Shown here one piece after another: positions 28,797-38,909 of a DNA stretch of 64,000 nucleotides. The DNA comes from a virus (lineage: Duplodnaviria > Caudoviricetes). Position numbers and translations under genes: made by a program. Positions within the stretch are counted from its first letter, which is position 1, and each line of letters starts with the position of its first letter. The notes under the pieces were generated by a model that was not told where the DNA came from, did not search any database, and worked only from the letters and a program-made list of their open reading frames with translations. The stretch spans positions 1,540 through 65,539 of the IMG/VR virus record IMGVR_UViG_3300037065_000037, one strand, 5' to 3'.

Positions 28797-29417
28797 CTAA
28801 ACGAGAGGGTTGGCCAGTTCGTGGTAGGGCTGCGGCTGTGCAGTTTGTGACTGCCAGTTACCACCGGAGATTGTAGAGGCGGAGTTGGCGCCGCCGCTTC
28901 CTCCCCCGCCACGCAAAGCTGCCAAGATTGACGCTATGGCCGAGGAAGAATCCGTACCGGCACCTGTTCCGCCGCCACTACTGTTCGCGCTCAGCGTCGT
29001 AGGTGAGATGGATGAGCTCGCGCCGACGCCACTAGCCATGCCCCCGCCAGTTGCGTTTGCTGTGTCAGCGATTGCGGTACTCGTCGTGCCTGCGTTTGCG
29101 TTCGATCCTGTGCCTGAGTTTGAGCCTGTACCCGAGGCGGTTGAATACCCTGGATACCCGGCCAGCAGGTCAGTCAAAGCTGCCGTACCCGAGTCTGTCA
29201 ATGATCCGCCAGTTTGCTGCTGTGCCTGACCCTGCTGGCCGAGAACGGCCTCTCGCTTGGTAAGATTGGCTTGGGCAGCGGTAGACTGCGCTGACTTTTT
29301 TGCATTATCCGCTGTCGCGCTACGGGTTGCCTGACCCTCGTAGATAGAAGTTCCCACACCCGCCGCAGATGCCGCGATCGCCGCTATTGAGAGAGCTGTT
29401 CCAAGAGTACCTGCCAT
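28797..29417 (-). CDS. Internal virion protein (P22 gp7-like position)
   Basis: Hydrophobic Ala/Gly N-terminus; AGGAGG SD. Confidence 0.55.
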   Translation of the reverse strand: MAGTLGTALSIAAIAASAAGVGTSIYEGQATRSATADNAKKSAQSTAAQANLTKREAVLGQQGQAQQQTGGSLTDSGTAALTDLLAGYPGYSTASGTGSNSGTGSNANAGTTSTAIADTANATGGGMASGVGASSSISPTTLSANSSGGGTGAGTDSSSAIASILAALRGGGGSGGANSASTISGGNWQSQTAQPQPYHELANPLV

Positions 29418-29441
29418 ATTGCTAACCCTCCTTTGTCAATT

Positions 29442-29912
29442 CTACTGACCCGTGACAGTAATCGTGTCCTGGCTGCTGTCTTTGCGCGACATCAACTGGC
29501 CAGCTTCGGAGAAAATCTCATTTTCTGCTTCCTCAACAGTAGTAGCTGAAGTTGGAAAAATCATTGTCATCTCGACCGCGCTACGAGTCAGGAACAATTG
29601 CTTCCGGCCAGCACAGCCAGGGATAACGCTGTATCCAGACAGTTCAAGCGTTTTATCACCGACCACAACCGCGCAGTCGCCGTGTACGATCAATGTAGTT
29701 GCCAGCCTGATCAGCGACCCTATCATCCACTCTCCGGGGATCAGCCGAATCGTCCTTGCGTACATTCCACCATGGAGAAGATGCTCAGTGGCGACGGGGA
29801 CTTGTGGCTGAGCCAGGATTAGTTCCTGTGCCTGAGCCAACTTGTCAAGTGTCTCCGGCGAAGGCGGGGTTAACGCAGCGGTGATCGGAAGCGGAACAGC
29901 AAGGGCGCTCAT
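29442..29912 (-). CDS. Cupin-fold-like podophage protein
   Basis: H..GGMYARTI..PG...G; G.KQ. Confidence 0.6.
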   Translation of the reverse strand: MSALAVPLPITAALTPPSPETLDKLAQAQELILAQPQVPVATEHLLHGGMYARTIRLIPGEWMIGSLIRLATTLIVHGDCAVVVGDKTLELSGYSVIPGCAGRKQLFLTRSAVEMTMIFPTSATTVEEAENEIFSEAGQLMSRKDSSQDTITVTGQ

Positions 29913-30430
29913 GCCGGGTCTCCATTCTCGCTCAGCCATCGCGTGTGCTGTGTGTGGGTCAAAGTGTACCCCTCGCGCCGGGAGAGCACCTTATCGAAGG
30001 CACTGCCGATACGAGACATGCAGGTCAGAGCCACACAACCAGAATCCACTGCATACTGTTCGGCAGTGGATAGAAGCTTCGCTCCAGCACCGGTGCCTCG
30101 ATAAGCCGGATCGACAAACAGGGACTCAACAGTGGCGATAAGTTGTCCACTGTGGGGCATGACAGCTCGGATAATTGAGATAAAGCCCACAATCAGAGCC
30201 GAAGGGTCTTTGCCTAGCAAAAAGTTACCGACATCAGTGTATGAATATGCTGCAAAGCACCGAAACGCTTTTACCTTTTCCATTGCTTCGTAAGTCTCAC
30301 GCTGAGGCTCAGCGTCCGGGATCAAGCATTCTTTGGCGTAGGCACGGATCAGAGTATCCGAGTTCGGAGCGTCAAAAATCGCAGCGACAGGAACGTGAAG
30401 AATAATGATTTGGGCCTTGGTGTCTGTCAT
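29909..30430 (-). CDS. GNAT acetyltransferase
   Basis: LFVDPAYRGTGAGAKLL acetyl-CoA-binding motif. Confidence 0.85.
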   Translation of the reverse strand: MTDTKAQIIILHVPVAAIFDAPNSDTLIRAYAKECLIPDAEPQRETYEAMEKVKAFRCFAAYSYTDVGNFLLGKDPSALIVGFISIIRAVMPHSGQLIATVESLFVDPAYRGTGAGAKLLSTAEQYAVDSGCVALTCMSRIGSAFDKVLSRREGYTLTHTQHTRWLSENGDPA

Positions 30431-30870
30431 TGTGATTTTCCGTCCTCTTCCTCAATTCCAGGGAGTAACCCGCACCCCATAGCTCCTTGAAATGAAAGGC
30501 TTGTCCCCCCTACCATTCGAGTGACAATCCGAGCAATCTGGGCCTCTTCCGGGCGGTTGTCGGCCAGCAGAGTCAGAAACCCAACGCACCCCCGCACCCG
30601 CGCCTCAGCGAAGACTTGGGGAAAGGCTTCCTTGATCCAGTTTAGCGGAATTTCGGGGGGGAGTGGGGATACCGCGATCAGTCGCCACAACACTAACCAG
30701 CCGTGGCAGAAAGAAGTGACAACGATGGCAAAAGGCTCTGGGCTATCCCTGGTCTCTATGATCCAAACCCATTCGGGAACCAAATATGGCATTCCGGTGT
30801 TTTGGAGGGCCGGAGGGAGGGTATCCGCCTCTCCCTCGCGAAGGTTACGAACGTAGATAGCCATGGTCAC
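30427..30870 (-). CDS. Hypothetical protein, possibly GNAT fold
   Basis: YVRNLREGE start; coupled to the GNAT gene. Confidence 0.55.
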   Translation of the reverse strand: MTMAIYVRNLREGEADTLPPALQNTGMPYLVPEWVWIIETRDSPEPFAIVVTSFCHGWLVLWRLIAVSPLPPEIPLNWIKEAFPQVFAEARVRGCVGFLTLLADNRPEEAQIARIVTRMVGGTSLSFQGAMGCGLLPGIEEEDGKSQ

Positions 30871-31148
30871 GCTAATCTCTGATTCTTTTTGGCTGCAATT
30901 TCAGCCAAGAGCATTGCCAATTTGGTTTCTGTCATGCGCTTTTGTTTGACGATCACTTCGCCAGTATCCATGTCTGCGCATCCGACTAGCGGGCAATGTG
31001 CTCTCCATCTTTTCCCCAGGTCGACGGACACGATGTACCGATTGGGAAAAACAAAGCTCACGTGGTTTGCGCTATCTTTGTTCCCCAGTGCATAGTAAGG
31101 AAATGTTTCGACCGCAGAGGTGCGCTTAACTTCGTATTCGTTTTTCAT
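30867..31148 (-). CDS. Hypothetical protein
   Basis: AGGAG SD; coupled stop. Confidence 0.55.
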   Translation of the reverse strand: MKNEYEVKRTSAVETFPYYALGNKDSANHVSFVFPNRYIVSVDLGKRWRAHCPLVGCADMDTGEVIVKQKRMTETKLAMLLAEIAAKKNQRLA

Positions 31149-31165
31149 CTTCTTCTCCTGTCTTC

Positions 31166-33862
31166 TTAGCTAATAACCCGCCTCGACATTGCCGACTTCG
31201 GACTCACGGCCCAGTCGATCGAATCGATCACCCCCGCCGCGCCGCCATTGTTTCCTGACACGTCCAAGTGCGCCCGACTGCCAGAACGAAATATCCTGAC
31301 TCGTGCCTCGAACAGATTTGATCCGCCCTGGGGAATGATGTCGATGGCTTGAGCGCCAAGTTGCTGACCGTCCAGCCAAAGTGCAGCGATAATTGATTTG
31401 GCCATGGCCGTTGACCCATAGCCTGTGATCGTAGCCTGCTCATAAAACATCTTCTGCGTACCACCTTCGCCGAAGAGATCAGGCGAACGGAAGGACCACT
31501 GGACGGCGGCCTGAGCGTTATCGCCCTGGTTCCAGTTCAAGTCCCCTGCTTGAATGCGATGAACTGCGCCATCGACCTTCCCGGCCAGCACAAGCGGATA
31601 CCCCTCTCCTGCAGCAATGGTTGAAAGGGTGGTGATTGCCCAAGGCAAATCTAGTATTGCCCAGGACTTCATTACCAGATCGTAGCAGAATAAGCGGGTC
31701 AGCAGACCTGATCCAGCCACGCCGCCCACCCCCGGCGCCCCGGCCAGGGGCATTGCGCACATGTACATCGGCGGAGTGATCGTTTGCGCAGATTGAGAAA
31801 GATACAGGTAACTGGGGTCGACGGGGGTTATGTCTGCCTCAGAGTCCACCCCGCCGAACATATATGGCCGGATGTCTTCTGAGATTAGCCGATCGTTGAT
31901 CCCGTCAAACACTGCGAACCCAAGATGGCTGTACCGGACAATGCCAAATCCTGGCAGAAATTGAATCGAGCGCGAGGCAATGCAGCCAAGATTGGTCTGT
32001 GCAGGCTGAATCTCATACGAGGTAGATCCGAACACACCAATAAACTGGTACGTAGTGAATTCCTTAAAAATACAAAGCGATCCGGTAGGCGAGATACCCA
32101 GGGCAGCGATTGTGAAAGGCTGAATCCCGGTGATCTGAGTTCCGTCGCTTCTTCCGATGAAGGCCACGTTAGTCGGATTCCACGAGTTTGCATTGTTCGA
32201 TTCCGACATTTTCAGGCAGCTTGGGCCGTCGATGCCCGCAGTCAACGCTGCGGTACTGACCGCCGCCGTCCAGGTTACTCCACCATCGGTTGTAGTCCCG
32301 CCATCAGTGAAATTCCACGCCGGAGTTGTGCTGCCGGAAGTCCCGCCGACCGACGCCGTGAATATCCAGTAGCCTTGCAGATCAGAAGCAACATTCGCCG
32401 TGGTGCAAGTCCACGTCACTCCGCCATCGGTTGTAGTTTCCCCGACTGTGTAATGCCACGACGGAGTCGAAGTCCCCGAGGTTCCGGCAGTAGTCACGGT
32501 AAACACATAAGACGTTGCGCTGCCACTATTTATGACAATAATCGTCTCGCCCAACGTGTAGGCTGTTGACTTTATCCAGCTTCCGTACTCCTCCACAGAG
32601 ATCTGATCGCCAGGGACGTAGTCTGTGCTCTCCACCCAGGAGTCATACTCAGTTGAGATCGGCCAAGTATTCGCAAGCCAGAGCGAGCCAGCATAAGTGA
32701 TAGCATGCGCCGCACCGATGGGCGCAATAGAGGCGATAATCGGCCCTTGACTGGTCCAGATCACAGACCCGTCAGTGGTTTTCGTCCCTTTGGCAAAGTT
32801 CCAAGATGGCTCGGAAGATCCAGAAACCCCGCCCTGAGTTGCAGTGAAATAATAGTTGGTCTTTCCGTTGGCCGCGGTGAGTTGATCGTCTGTAGTCCAG
32901 CTTACCGAAGCCTCCCAAGACGGGTATGAGTCTTGAAAGGTGTTGGTGAGCGCCGTGACTGCGCCGGTGGTTCCCTGTGCCGGAGCGTAGGACCTTGGCG
33001 CGTAGCCGTTGCCAAGAATCAGGATGGACTGACCGGCAAACTGCATGATTTGTGGCAGCGGGCCTGCAAGGCCAGCAATGCCCCCATAAGGGGAGAAGCT
33101 CGGTATGCTGGGGGTGGCGTTAAAACCGGCAGTTCCCGGCGCAAGCGTGGCGGGTTGCGGCGGCGTGAAAGGAAAGACCCCCGCGGTGACTTGCCCAAAG
33201 GTTATTTGCGGGGGCAAAGAAACTAGAGCGGTGTTCACATAAAGAAGAAGCTCGTAAGTGTTGTTGAACGTTGGCGCGGGACTAACGGCGCCGGTAGTGG
33301 GCAGCACGCCCGTGTAGGTAAACGCTGTGCTGGTCGAAGTTCCAAGAGGAATGTAGCCCCTCCATAGTCCTTCACGAACAATTAGATACACGGTGTATCC
33401 GGTTGCCCCAGTAACCGCTGTCCAGGTGAAATTTACTGCATTAAATGTGCCAAATTGACCCACTGTCAATGTGTACGCAGAATTTTTCGCATTGGTGTGC
33501 GTAGCACCCACATTTGCCGCAACAGCAAAAGTGTACGAGCCTGCTGGATTGTCCGTTCCGTGCACAATTGATGAAACGGTGAAGTCCGTCACGTCGGCCA
33601 GTTGCGGTGTGGAATCATAGGCCAGCGCTTCGTAGTAAGGGAATTGACCCGGCTGCAAATTTGCAAACGATCCCAACGCAGCGATCAAGGACGAGGGAAT
33701 GGCCGTAGAAATAGCGGTGGAGCCATCCGCAATCTGGAGTGAGCCTCGCTGAGTGAACAACAGGTTCGAGAGGCGAGTGATCGCACCAGAGGCTTGAGAA
33801 AGCGCGCCTGTCGAGGCCACGAGCTTGGCCCACTTCTTTTGGCTGACAATTTTCGCGCTCAT
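31166..33862 (-). CDS. Tail nozzle / tubular-B-like protein with inserted carbohydrate-binding-like repeats
   Basis: LGCIASRSI..GF.VFDG..LISEDI nozzle motif; W..ST.Y..G(D/E) and GTSG..P.W...G.TTTDG.VTW repeats. Confidence 0.7.
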   Translation of the reverse strand: MSAKIVSQKKWAKLVASTGALSQASGAITRLSNLLFTQRGSLQIADGSTAISTAIPSSLIAALGSFANLQPGQFPYYEALAYDSTPQLADVTDFTVSSIVHGTDNPAGSYTFAVAANVGATHTNAKNSAYTLTVGQFGTFNAVNFTWTAVTGATGYTVYLIVREGLWRGYIPLGTSTSTAFTYTGVLPTTGAVSPAPTFNNTYELLLYVNTALVSLPPQITFGQVTAGVFPFTPPQPATLAPGTAGFNATPSIPSFSPYGGIAGLAGPLPQIMQFAGQSILILGNGYAPRSYAPAQGTTGAVTALTNTFQDSYPSWEASVSWTTDDQLTAANGKTNYYFTATQGGVSGSSEPSWNFAKGTKTTDGSVIWTSQGPIIASIAPIGAAHAITYAGSLWLANTWPISTEYDSWVESTDYVPGDQISVEEYGSWIKSTAYTLGETIIVINSGSATSYVFTVTTAGTSGTSTPSWHYTVGETTTDGGVTWTCTTANVASDLQGYWIFTASVGGTSGSTTPAWNFTDGGTTTDGGVTWTAAVSTAALTAGIDGPSCLKMSESNNANSWNPTNVAFIGRSDGTQITGIQPFTIAALGISPTGSLCIFKEFTTYQFIGVFGSTSYEIQPAQTNLGCIASRSIQFLPGFGIVRYSHLGFAVFDGINDRLISEDIRPYMFGGVDSEADITPVDPSYLYLSQSAQTITPPMYMCAMPLAGAPGVGGVAGSGLLTRLFCYDLVMKSWAILDLPWAITTLSTIAAGEGYPLVLAGKVDGAVHRIQAGDLNWNQGDNAQAAVQWSFRSPDLFGEGGTQKMFYEQATITGYGSTAMAKSIIAALWLDGQQLGAQAIDIIPQGGSNLFEARVRIFRSGSRAHLDVSGNNGGAAGVIDSIDWAVSPKSAMSRRVIS

Positions 33863-33979
33863 CCAGTCCTCGCAAACTCCCCGTGGAGTTCAAATGCGGC
33901 CTCGCAATACGCTGCGTGGGCAAAACTTTCATATTTTTGCCCCAAAAATTACATTTCTAAACCCCTTATTCTCTTATAT

Positions 33980-35260
33980 TTACGGCAAAATCACACCCCC
34001 AAAATACCCTCCGAGCCCCATGCACACCTCCGGGCCTTGACTTCCACCTACCTGCACCTGCCGCGGAGACATCACCTCACGATTTCCTCTGATGCTGCTG
34101 CATTTTGCCTCGAACTGCTTCAACAGCGCCTGTGCGCCTTCAGCGTCTTGTTCAGCCTGCTTAAACCGGGCAGAGAGATAATCTCTCAGGGCATCAATCC
34201 ACGCCGGCGGCAACTGAAGCTGGTTGGCCGATTGACCTCGCAAATAGTGCAACGGGTACCGGATACCAGAGAAGTATATGTTGGCCTCCATGACAGACGT
34301 ACCGGACGGCCACGCTTGAGCGCTGGTCCCGCCCATTCCTCTGGTGACGGGCGAAAGCGAGTTGGAGACATTGCCGGAGTAGTAAATGATTTCTGAAGCA
34401 GACGGATCAGCCGGGTACGGCCCAATCAGCGCCAACCCAAACCCCAAGACCCAGCCAGAGGAACCCGGTGTGTACGGGATCACGGTCGCCGTAGCAGACA
34501 GCGCTCCGTTCAACACACCGTTTCCTGAAGTCCGGCTCGACTGCGGGTACAGCTCAACCTGTTGCACCACGGAATCTTGATTGAGAACCGTCGTACCGGA
34601 GATTCCTCTGACGTTGCTACGACGGAAGATGTCCGACTTGCTGCCCATGGTGATGGGATACCCGTCGTAAAAGCCAGACGTGAGCTTGCGCCAATTCGAT
34701 ACCACTTGGTACTGTGCCTGGCCAGCAGTGGACGGGATTCCGGTTACGTCACGGATGCCCTCGGCCAAAGCAGTAGCCGCATCCAGCCCTTCATTGATCC
34801 ATCTGTAGAGCGCCGCGCACGACAGCGCTGTCCCATCTGTGTCCGGCAGCCAAGCAGATGAGCGTGTCGGCGGGAATCCCTGCGCAATCCCTGTCGAGGA
34901 AAGAGTGAACGGGATCGAGAACGCACCGACGCCACCGGCGGGGATCGCGTACGGGAAATAGCGATCCTCTTGGCCTGCCCCTGCGAGAGTGAAATAGACG
35001 CGAAGAGCTGTGGCCGCGAACGAGCACGATCCAGCGACCGTGAAAGTTGAGCCAATCGCGCCATTCGTGACAACAGTCTCAGTCGACGCAGGAGACTCGC
35101 CCCAGGGGGTAAGCTGGGTGACGACAAACCAGAGAGAAGTTGCGCCTGTCGGAGAAGGCGTGACCGTGACAGAAGACGGCGCGGGGAGGGACGACGGCGG
35201 GTCCGCTGCTTGCTCCCGCAGTGCCATCAGCACATCCCCTACCAGTGACCATTGCGGCAT
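33980..35260 (-). CDS. Head-tail adaptor / tubular-A-like protein with extra domains
   Basis: RWINEG, VELYP, LPPAWIDAL; position between the capsid and nozzle genes. Confidence 0.6.
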   Translation of the reverse strand: MPQWSLVGDVLMALREQAADPPSSLPAPSSVTVTPSPTGATSLWFVVTQLTPWGESPASTETVVTNGAIGSTFTVAGSCSFAATALRVYFTLAGAGQEDRYFPYAIPAGGVGAFSIPFTLSSTGIAQGFPPTRSSAWLPDTDGTALSCAALYRWINEGLDAATALAEGIRDVTGIPSTAGQAQYQVVSNWRKLTSGFYDGYPITMGSKSDIFRRSNVRGISGTTVLNQDSVVQQVELYPQSSRTSGNGVLNGALSATATVIPYTPGSSGWVLGFGLALIGPYPADPSASEIIYYSGNVSNSLSPVTRGMGGTSAQAWPSGTSVMEANIYFSGIRYPLHYLRGQSANQLQLPPAWIDALRDYLSARFKQAEQDAEGAQALLKQFEAKCSSIRGNREVMSPRQVQVGGSQGPEVCMGLGGYFGGVILP

Positions 35261-35282
35261 AACGGCTTTCCCTTCTCCTATG

Positions 35283-35321
35283 AAAAAAGGCGGACGCCTC
35301 CGGTTAGGTAAGGCGTCCGCC
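35283..35321 (-). terminator. Rho-independent terminator after the capsid-associated paralogs
   Basis: GGCGGACGCCT/AGGCGTCCGCC 11-bp stem followed by T6. Confidence 0.85.
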
Positions 35322-35376
35322 GATGGAGGACAGCGGTTGAACAGATGAACAAACCGAGCGGCCAGCTATCCGGTCG

Positions 35377-35817
35377 CTAATTCAAACTTACTTCCCAATC
35401 CACAGTTGCCGTCTGCGTCCCACCCAGGGTTACCACGGCGCTCAGGCTCGTGATCCCAAGATCGGTGATAAACGGGAGGGTATAGTCCATCACAGTGCCA
35501 GCCACAGTTGGGGGAATCTGCCCGACCACAACTGTGCTCGTGCCGTCAGTAGCTGTGAAATTCACGGCCACCGTAGTGTCCGATCCACCCAACCCTGACG
35601 CGCGCAAGTGCAACTTGCCCCGGCACGGCGCGGGTTCACCACTGGTGTTGAACGGCTGAAACCCATTGCTGGCCGTAGCCGCGGGCGTTGTGGACGTGGC
35701 CGCAATGACCAGAGTAGCGCTGGCCGCAGCAACGGCCTGCGAAACGCACCCATAAAAAGAGGCGCAAGCATAACTCGGCATGGTCTGCGTAAGCGGTTTG
35801 GTGAATGGTAACGCCAT
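35377..35817 (-). CDS. Capsid-associated (decoration-like) protein, paralog 3
   Basis: MALPF..SFYG..FN..G.P.P.RG..TDGT..TDL.IT..VDWEV shared with two upstream genes. Confidence 0.7.
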   Translation of the reverse strand: MALPFTKPLTQTMPSYACASFYGCVSQAVAAASATLVIAATSTTPAATASNGFQPFNTSGEPAPCRGKLHLRASGLGGSDTTVAVNFTATDGTSTVVVGQIPPTVAGTVMDYTLPFITDLGITSLSAVVTLGGTQTATVDWEVSLN

Positions 35818-35851
35818 TGTGTGTTCCTCTGCTTTCTTATTCTCCAGCTGG

Positions 35852-36289
35852 CTAGTTCTGCAACCCGACTTCCCAATCCACAGACGCGGTGTACGTCGAC
35901 CCGCCCAAGGTTACCGCGGCAGAGATCGACGTGATTGCCAGATCGGTGTTGAACTGGACGATTTCGTCGATCGCCGCGCCCGCCGCGCTGGCCGCAAGCT
36001 GCCCCACCTGTTCCGTGGTTGTTCCGTCGGTCACCGTAAACACAACCGCCGTGGTTGTACTCGCGTTCACCGTATTGGTGCGGAACCGGATGAGACCACG
36101 GGATGGAGGCGGGCCGCCATTGAGGTTGAACGGGGTACCGCCGGTTGACGGCGTGGTCGTAGCAGCCGCGATAGTCAAAGTGGTCGGCCCTGCCGTGGTC
36201 GTAATGGTCTGCGTCCCCGCGCCGTAAAACGAGGGCGATCCCCAGCCAGGCATTGCTTGCGAAACAGGATTCAAAAACGGTAGCGACAT
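35852..36289 (-). CDS. Capsid-associated (decoration-like) protein, paralog 2
   Basis: MSLPF..SFYG..FNLNGGPPPSRG..VTDGTTTEQVG..VDWEV. Confidence 0.7.
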   Translation of the reverse strand: MSLPFLNPVSQAMPGWGSPSFYGAGTQTITTTAGPTTLTIAAATTTPSTGGTPFNLNGGPPPSRGLIRFRTNTVNASTTTAVVFTVTDGTTTEQVGQLAASAAGAAIDEIVQFNTDLAITSISAAVTLGGSTYTASVDWEVGLQN

Positions 36290-36315
36290 GATGCTCTCCC
36301 TATTCTGCGCTTCGA

Positions 36316-37686
36316 CTACACTAGCGAAACTTCCCAATCCACAGCGGCGGTGTAAGTCCCCCCACCAAAATTGATGACGGTATTGACAGCCGTAATGTTG
36401 AGATCAGTATTGAACTCGACAGTTTCATCCACCGCCACGCCCGCCGCGACTGGACCAAGACTGCCAACTTGTTCCGTGGTGGTCCCGTCTGTAACGGTAA
36501 AAGATGCGGCAGTCGTAGTCGATCCACCTACAGCACTCGTCCTCAAATGAATCATGCCGCGAGACGGAGCCGGACCGCCGTCTTGATTGAAGGCGAGCGA
36601 AGAGGGAAGGACCGTTGTACCCGCGGTTGGCGTAATCGAGCCCGACGTGTAAGGATTCGCCGTAGTGTTGGCCACCACCAGCGTGCCTGTAGTCGCTCCG
36701 GCTGCGCTCACTGAGTAGATCGAATAGCTCGCCGCGCCTGCCGCCGCAGTGAATGCAAAAGCGTACGTTGTCGCCCCTGCCGCGCCGTTCGCCACAGCCA
36801 CATAAGTAGGCGGGGACACCGTGCCATCGGCGTAATTGGCAATCAGCGCAAACTCGTACTTGGTCGTACCCGGCGCGCCGACCGTAACCGTAACAGCAGT
36901 GGGAGAAGCTTTAGTGGCCGCAGTAATCCCCCAGGCACTCGCGCCTGACCCTGTGGTAGTTATGGCTGTCGCTGCCGAAATAGTGACCGCGCCGGTACCC
37001 GCAAGCGCGCGGCCATTCAGTACACCGCCACCCAAGGTAACGCTGGCCGCCGCGAGAACGTTCCCGTTTACGGTCGAGGTCGCAACCGAGGTGAAGGATG
37101 TTCCGGCAACGAAGACCACATTCGCGGCCAAGGCGCCGTTAACCAACGTGATAGCCTGCCCACTGGCGAGATTGATTGTCGACCCTGCTACGAACACAAA
37201 TTGCGCAGCAGAATTGCCCTGCGCGTCAAGGATAATCCCCGTCGGCATGGTCAAGCTGGTTGAGCCAAAATAATTTCCTGCTGTGTAAGTGGCCGCTGTC
37301 GAGCCGTTTCCGCCGGTGCTGAGATTGGACAGGCCGGAAAGTGTTGGGGTCAGCCCCTGATAGTAACTGATCGCCGCCGTCAAGGCTGTCTTCGCTGCCC
37401 CGGCGTTGGTGTTATCAATCACTGCCGGCGCTGTGAAGTTGGCACTGGTCAGGCCGGTAACCGATGCCGTCGGAGAGCTGCCAACATTCCCGCCGGTAAT
37501 GGTCGTGCTGCCAACGTTCGTGACCCCGCTACCAGCCAAGAGGGAGTACGCGGCCGCGCTACCCAGTGCCGCCGCAACAGCCGCGCCACTGCCGGAGGCC
37601 AAAGTGAATGACCCGGAACCGTAGTTCGAGGGGCTACCGTAAGCAGGCGTGCATTGTGCTACCGAATTGTAAAATGGCAGTGCCAT
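36316..37686 (-). CDS. Capsid-associated paralog 1 with inserted DUF3494 ice-binding domain
   Basis: Same N- and C-termini as the two paralogs; insert LGSAAAYSLLAGSGVTNVGST..GNVGSSP..LDAQGN..FVF..LVNGALAANV..GNVLA..LNGRALA..AVT is the DUF3494 signature. Confidence 0.85.
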   Translation of the reverse strand: MALPFYNSVAQCTPAYGSPSNYGSGSFTLASGSGAAVAAALGSAAAYSLLAGSGVTNVGSTTITGGNVGSSPTASVTGLTSANFTAPAVIDNTNAGAAKTALTAAISYYQGLTPTLSGLSNLSTGGNGSTAATYTAGNYFGSTSLTMPTGIILDAQGNSAAQFVFVAGSTINLASGQAITLVNGALAANVVFVAGTSFTSVATSTVNGNVLAAASVTLGGGVLNGRALAGTGAVTISAATAITTTGSGASAWGITAATKASPTAVTVTVGAPGTTKYEFALIANYADGTVSPPTYVAVANGAAGATTYAFAFTAAAGAASYSIYSVSAAGATTGTLVVANTTANPYTSGSITPTAGTTVLPSSLAFNQDGGPAPSRGMIHLRTSAVGGSTTTAASFTVTDGTTTEQVGSLGPVAAGVAVDETVEFNTDLNITAVNTVINFGGGTYTAAVDWEVSLV

Positions 37687-37786
37687 GAAGTTAAGCCTCC
37701 TCGGCGCGAAAAAGAAGGAAAGAGAGGGAGAATTCAAGCTTAGCCTGATTTATCCGCCCTCTCCCTCCGTGCTCAGTTCCGTTCTG

Positions 37787-38773
37787 TTACAGAATGCTCG
37801 TAAACGCAACATTCATTCTGGGCGAGATGCAGCTCAGGTTCCAGGTCAAGTACATGCAGCTCACCAGAACACGCTGGTTGCTTGGCTTCAGGAACGGGTC
37901 CACGTTGAAGTAATCCGCCTCGTGAAACACGGGGAAGATGTACTTCGAGTTCAGCAGCATGGCCTGATTGGCGGTCGCAAAATAATCCGCCACCGTGACC
38001 GCGTTGTTGAACAGGAAGTGGTTGCGGAAGCCAACCTGCAAAGCTTCATCATCCTGCATTCCCTGGCCGAAGCGAATCTGGCCAACGTAGGTGTTCTTGA
38101 ACGCCGCGTAGCTGGTCCTGTTCATCACGAACAGATCCGGCTCGTCATAGCCCCAAGTGACGGACTGATAGCCCGGCTCGGCAATAGTCGAGGACAAGGC
38201 CGCCGAGCCGCCGGCAACTGCCGTCGCGGGCAGCCACCAGGCATTGGCCGAACTGGCGCGATTGATCCCGGCGATCGTATTGGTCGTCGAGGCCACCCAA
38301 GCGTTCAGATCATCCACGTCGAGAGAAGTGTTCTGTGGCGAGGTGTGCCAGAGCGCACGAGAAAGCTTCTGAAGGAAGCTGCCCGATGCGGTCTGGAACT
38401 TGGCCCGGATGATATCCAGATTGTTCGACCCGCCACGGTTGAGAATGATGTCTGTGATCGGAATCACGACAGGCTGGCGGTACGGCTTCCATTGCTGGTT
38501 CGCCGGCTGCACGGAATCGACCACGGAAGTGTCAAGCAACTGGTCGCCATAGTAAGCGCCACCAGGAAGCTCTTCCTGGTAGATTTCAGGGAAGATCAAC
38601 TCCCCGGCGCCGAACCGCTTGCCCTCGCGCGTGAGAGCCCAGAAAACCGGGCTCGGCTTGAACACGTTGTCGCCGAGGACAGGAACGATAAACTTCTGGG
38701 AGATTGCGTTGACGGTATTGGACAACTGTACCGGCGGTGATGCTAGTCCCAGTCCAACCACGCTCTGTGCCAT
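37787..38773 (-). CDS. Major capsid protein
   Basis: 328 aa, strong codon bias, AGGAG SD, follows the scaffold gene; DNVF..SP N-arm and W.L.C..P C-terminus. Confidence 0.8.
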   Translation of the reverse strand: MAQSVVGLGLASPPVQLSNTVNAISQKFIVPVLGDNVFKPSPVFWALTREGKRFGAGELIFPEIYQEELPGGAYYGDQLLDTSVVDSVQPANQQWKPYRQPVVIPITDIILNRGGSNNLDIIRAKFQTASGSFLQKLSRALWHTSPQNTSLDVDDLNAWVASTTNTIAGINRASSANAWWLPATAVAGGSAALSSTIAEPGYQSVTWGYDEPDLFVMNRTSYAAFKNTYVGQIRFGQGMQDDEALQVGFRNHFLFNNAVTVADYFATANQAMLLNSKYIFPVFHEADYFNVDPFLKPSNQRVLVSCMYLTWNLSCISPRMNVAFTSIL

Positions 38774-38909
38774 GATGGCTGCTCCTGGTCTGGCAACGGG
38801 GAAGGGGGAGGTACCGCGCCGGACATGGTTAAAAGTTAAAGTCAAGGGAGAAGGCCAGTTTCACCCATCCCAGAAAAACTTGTGCCGCTGCGTTGCAGCG
38901 GACGACGCG

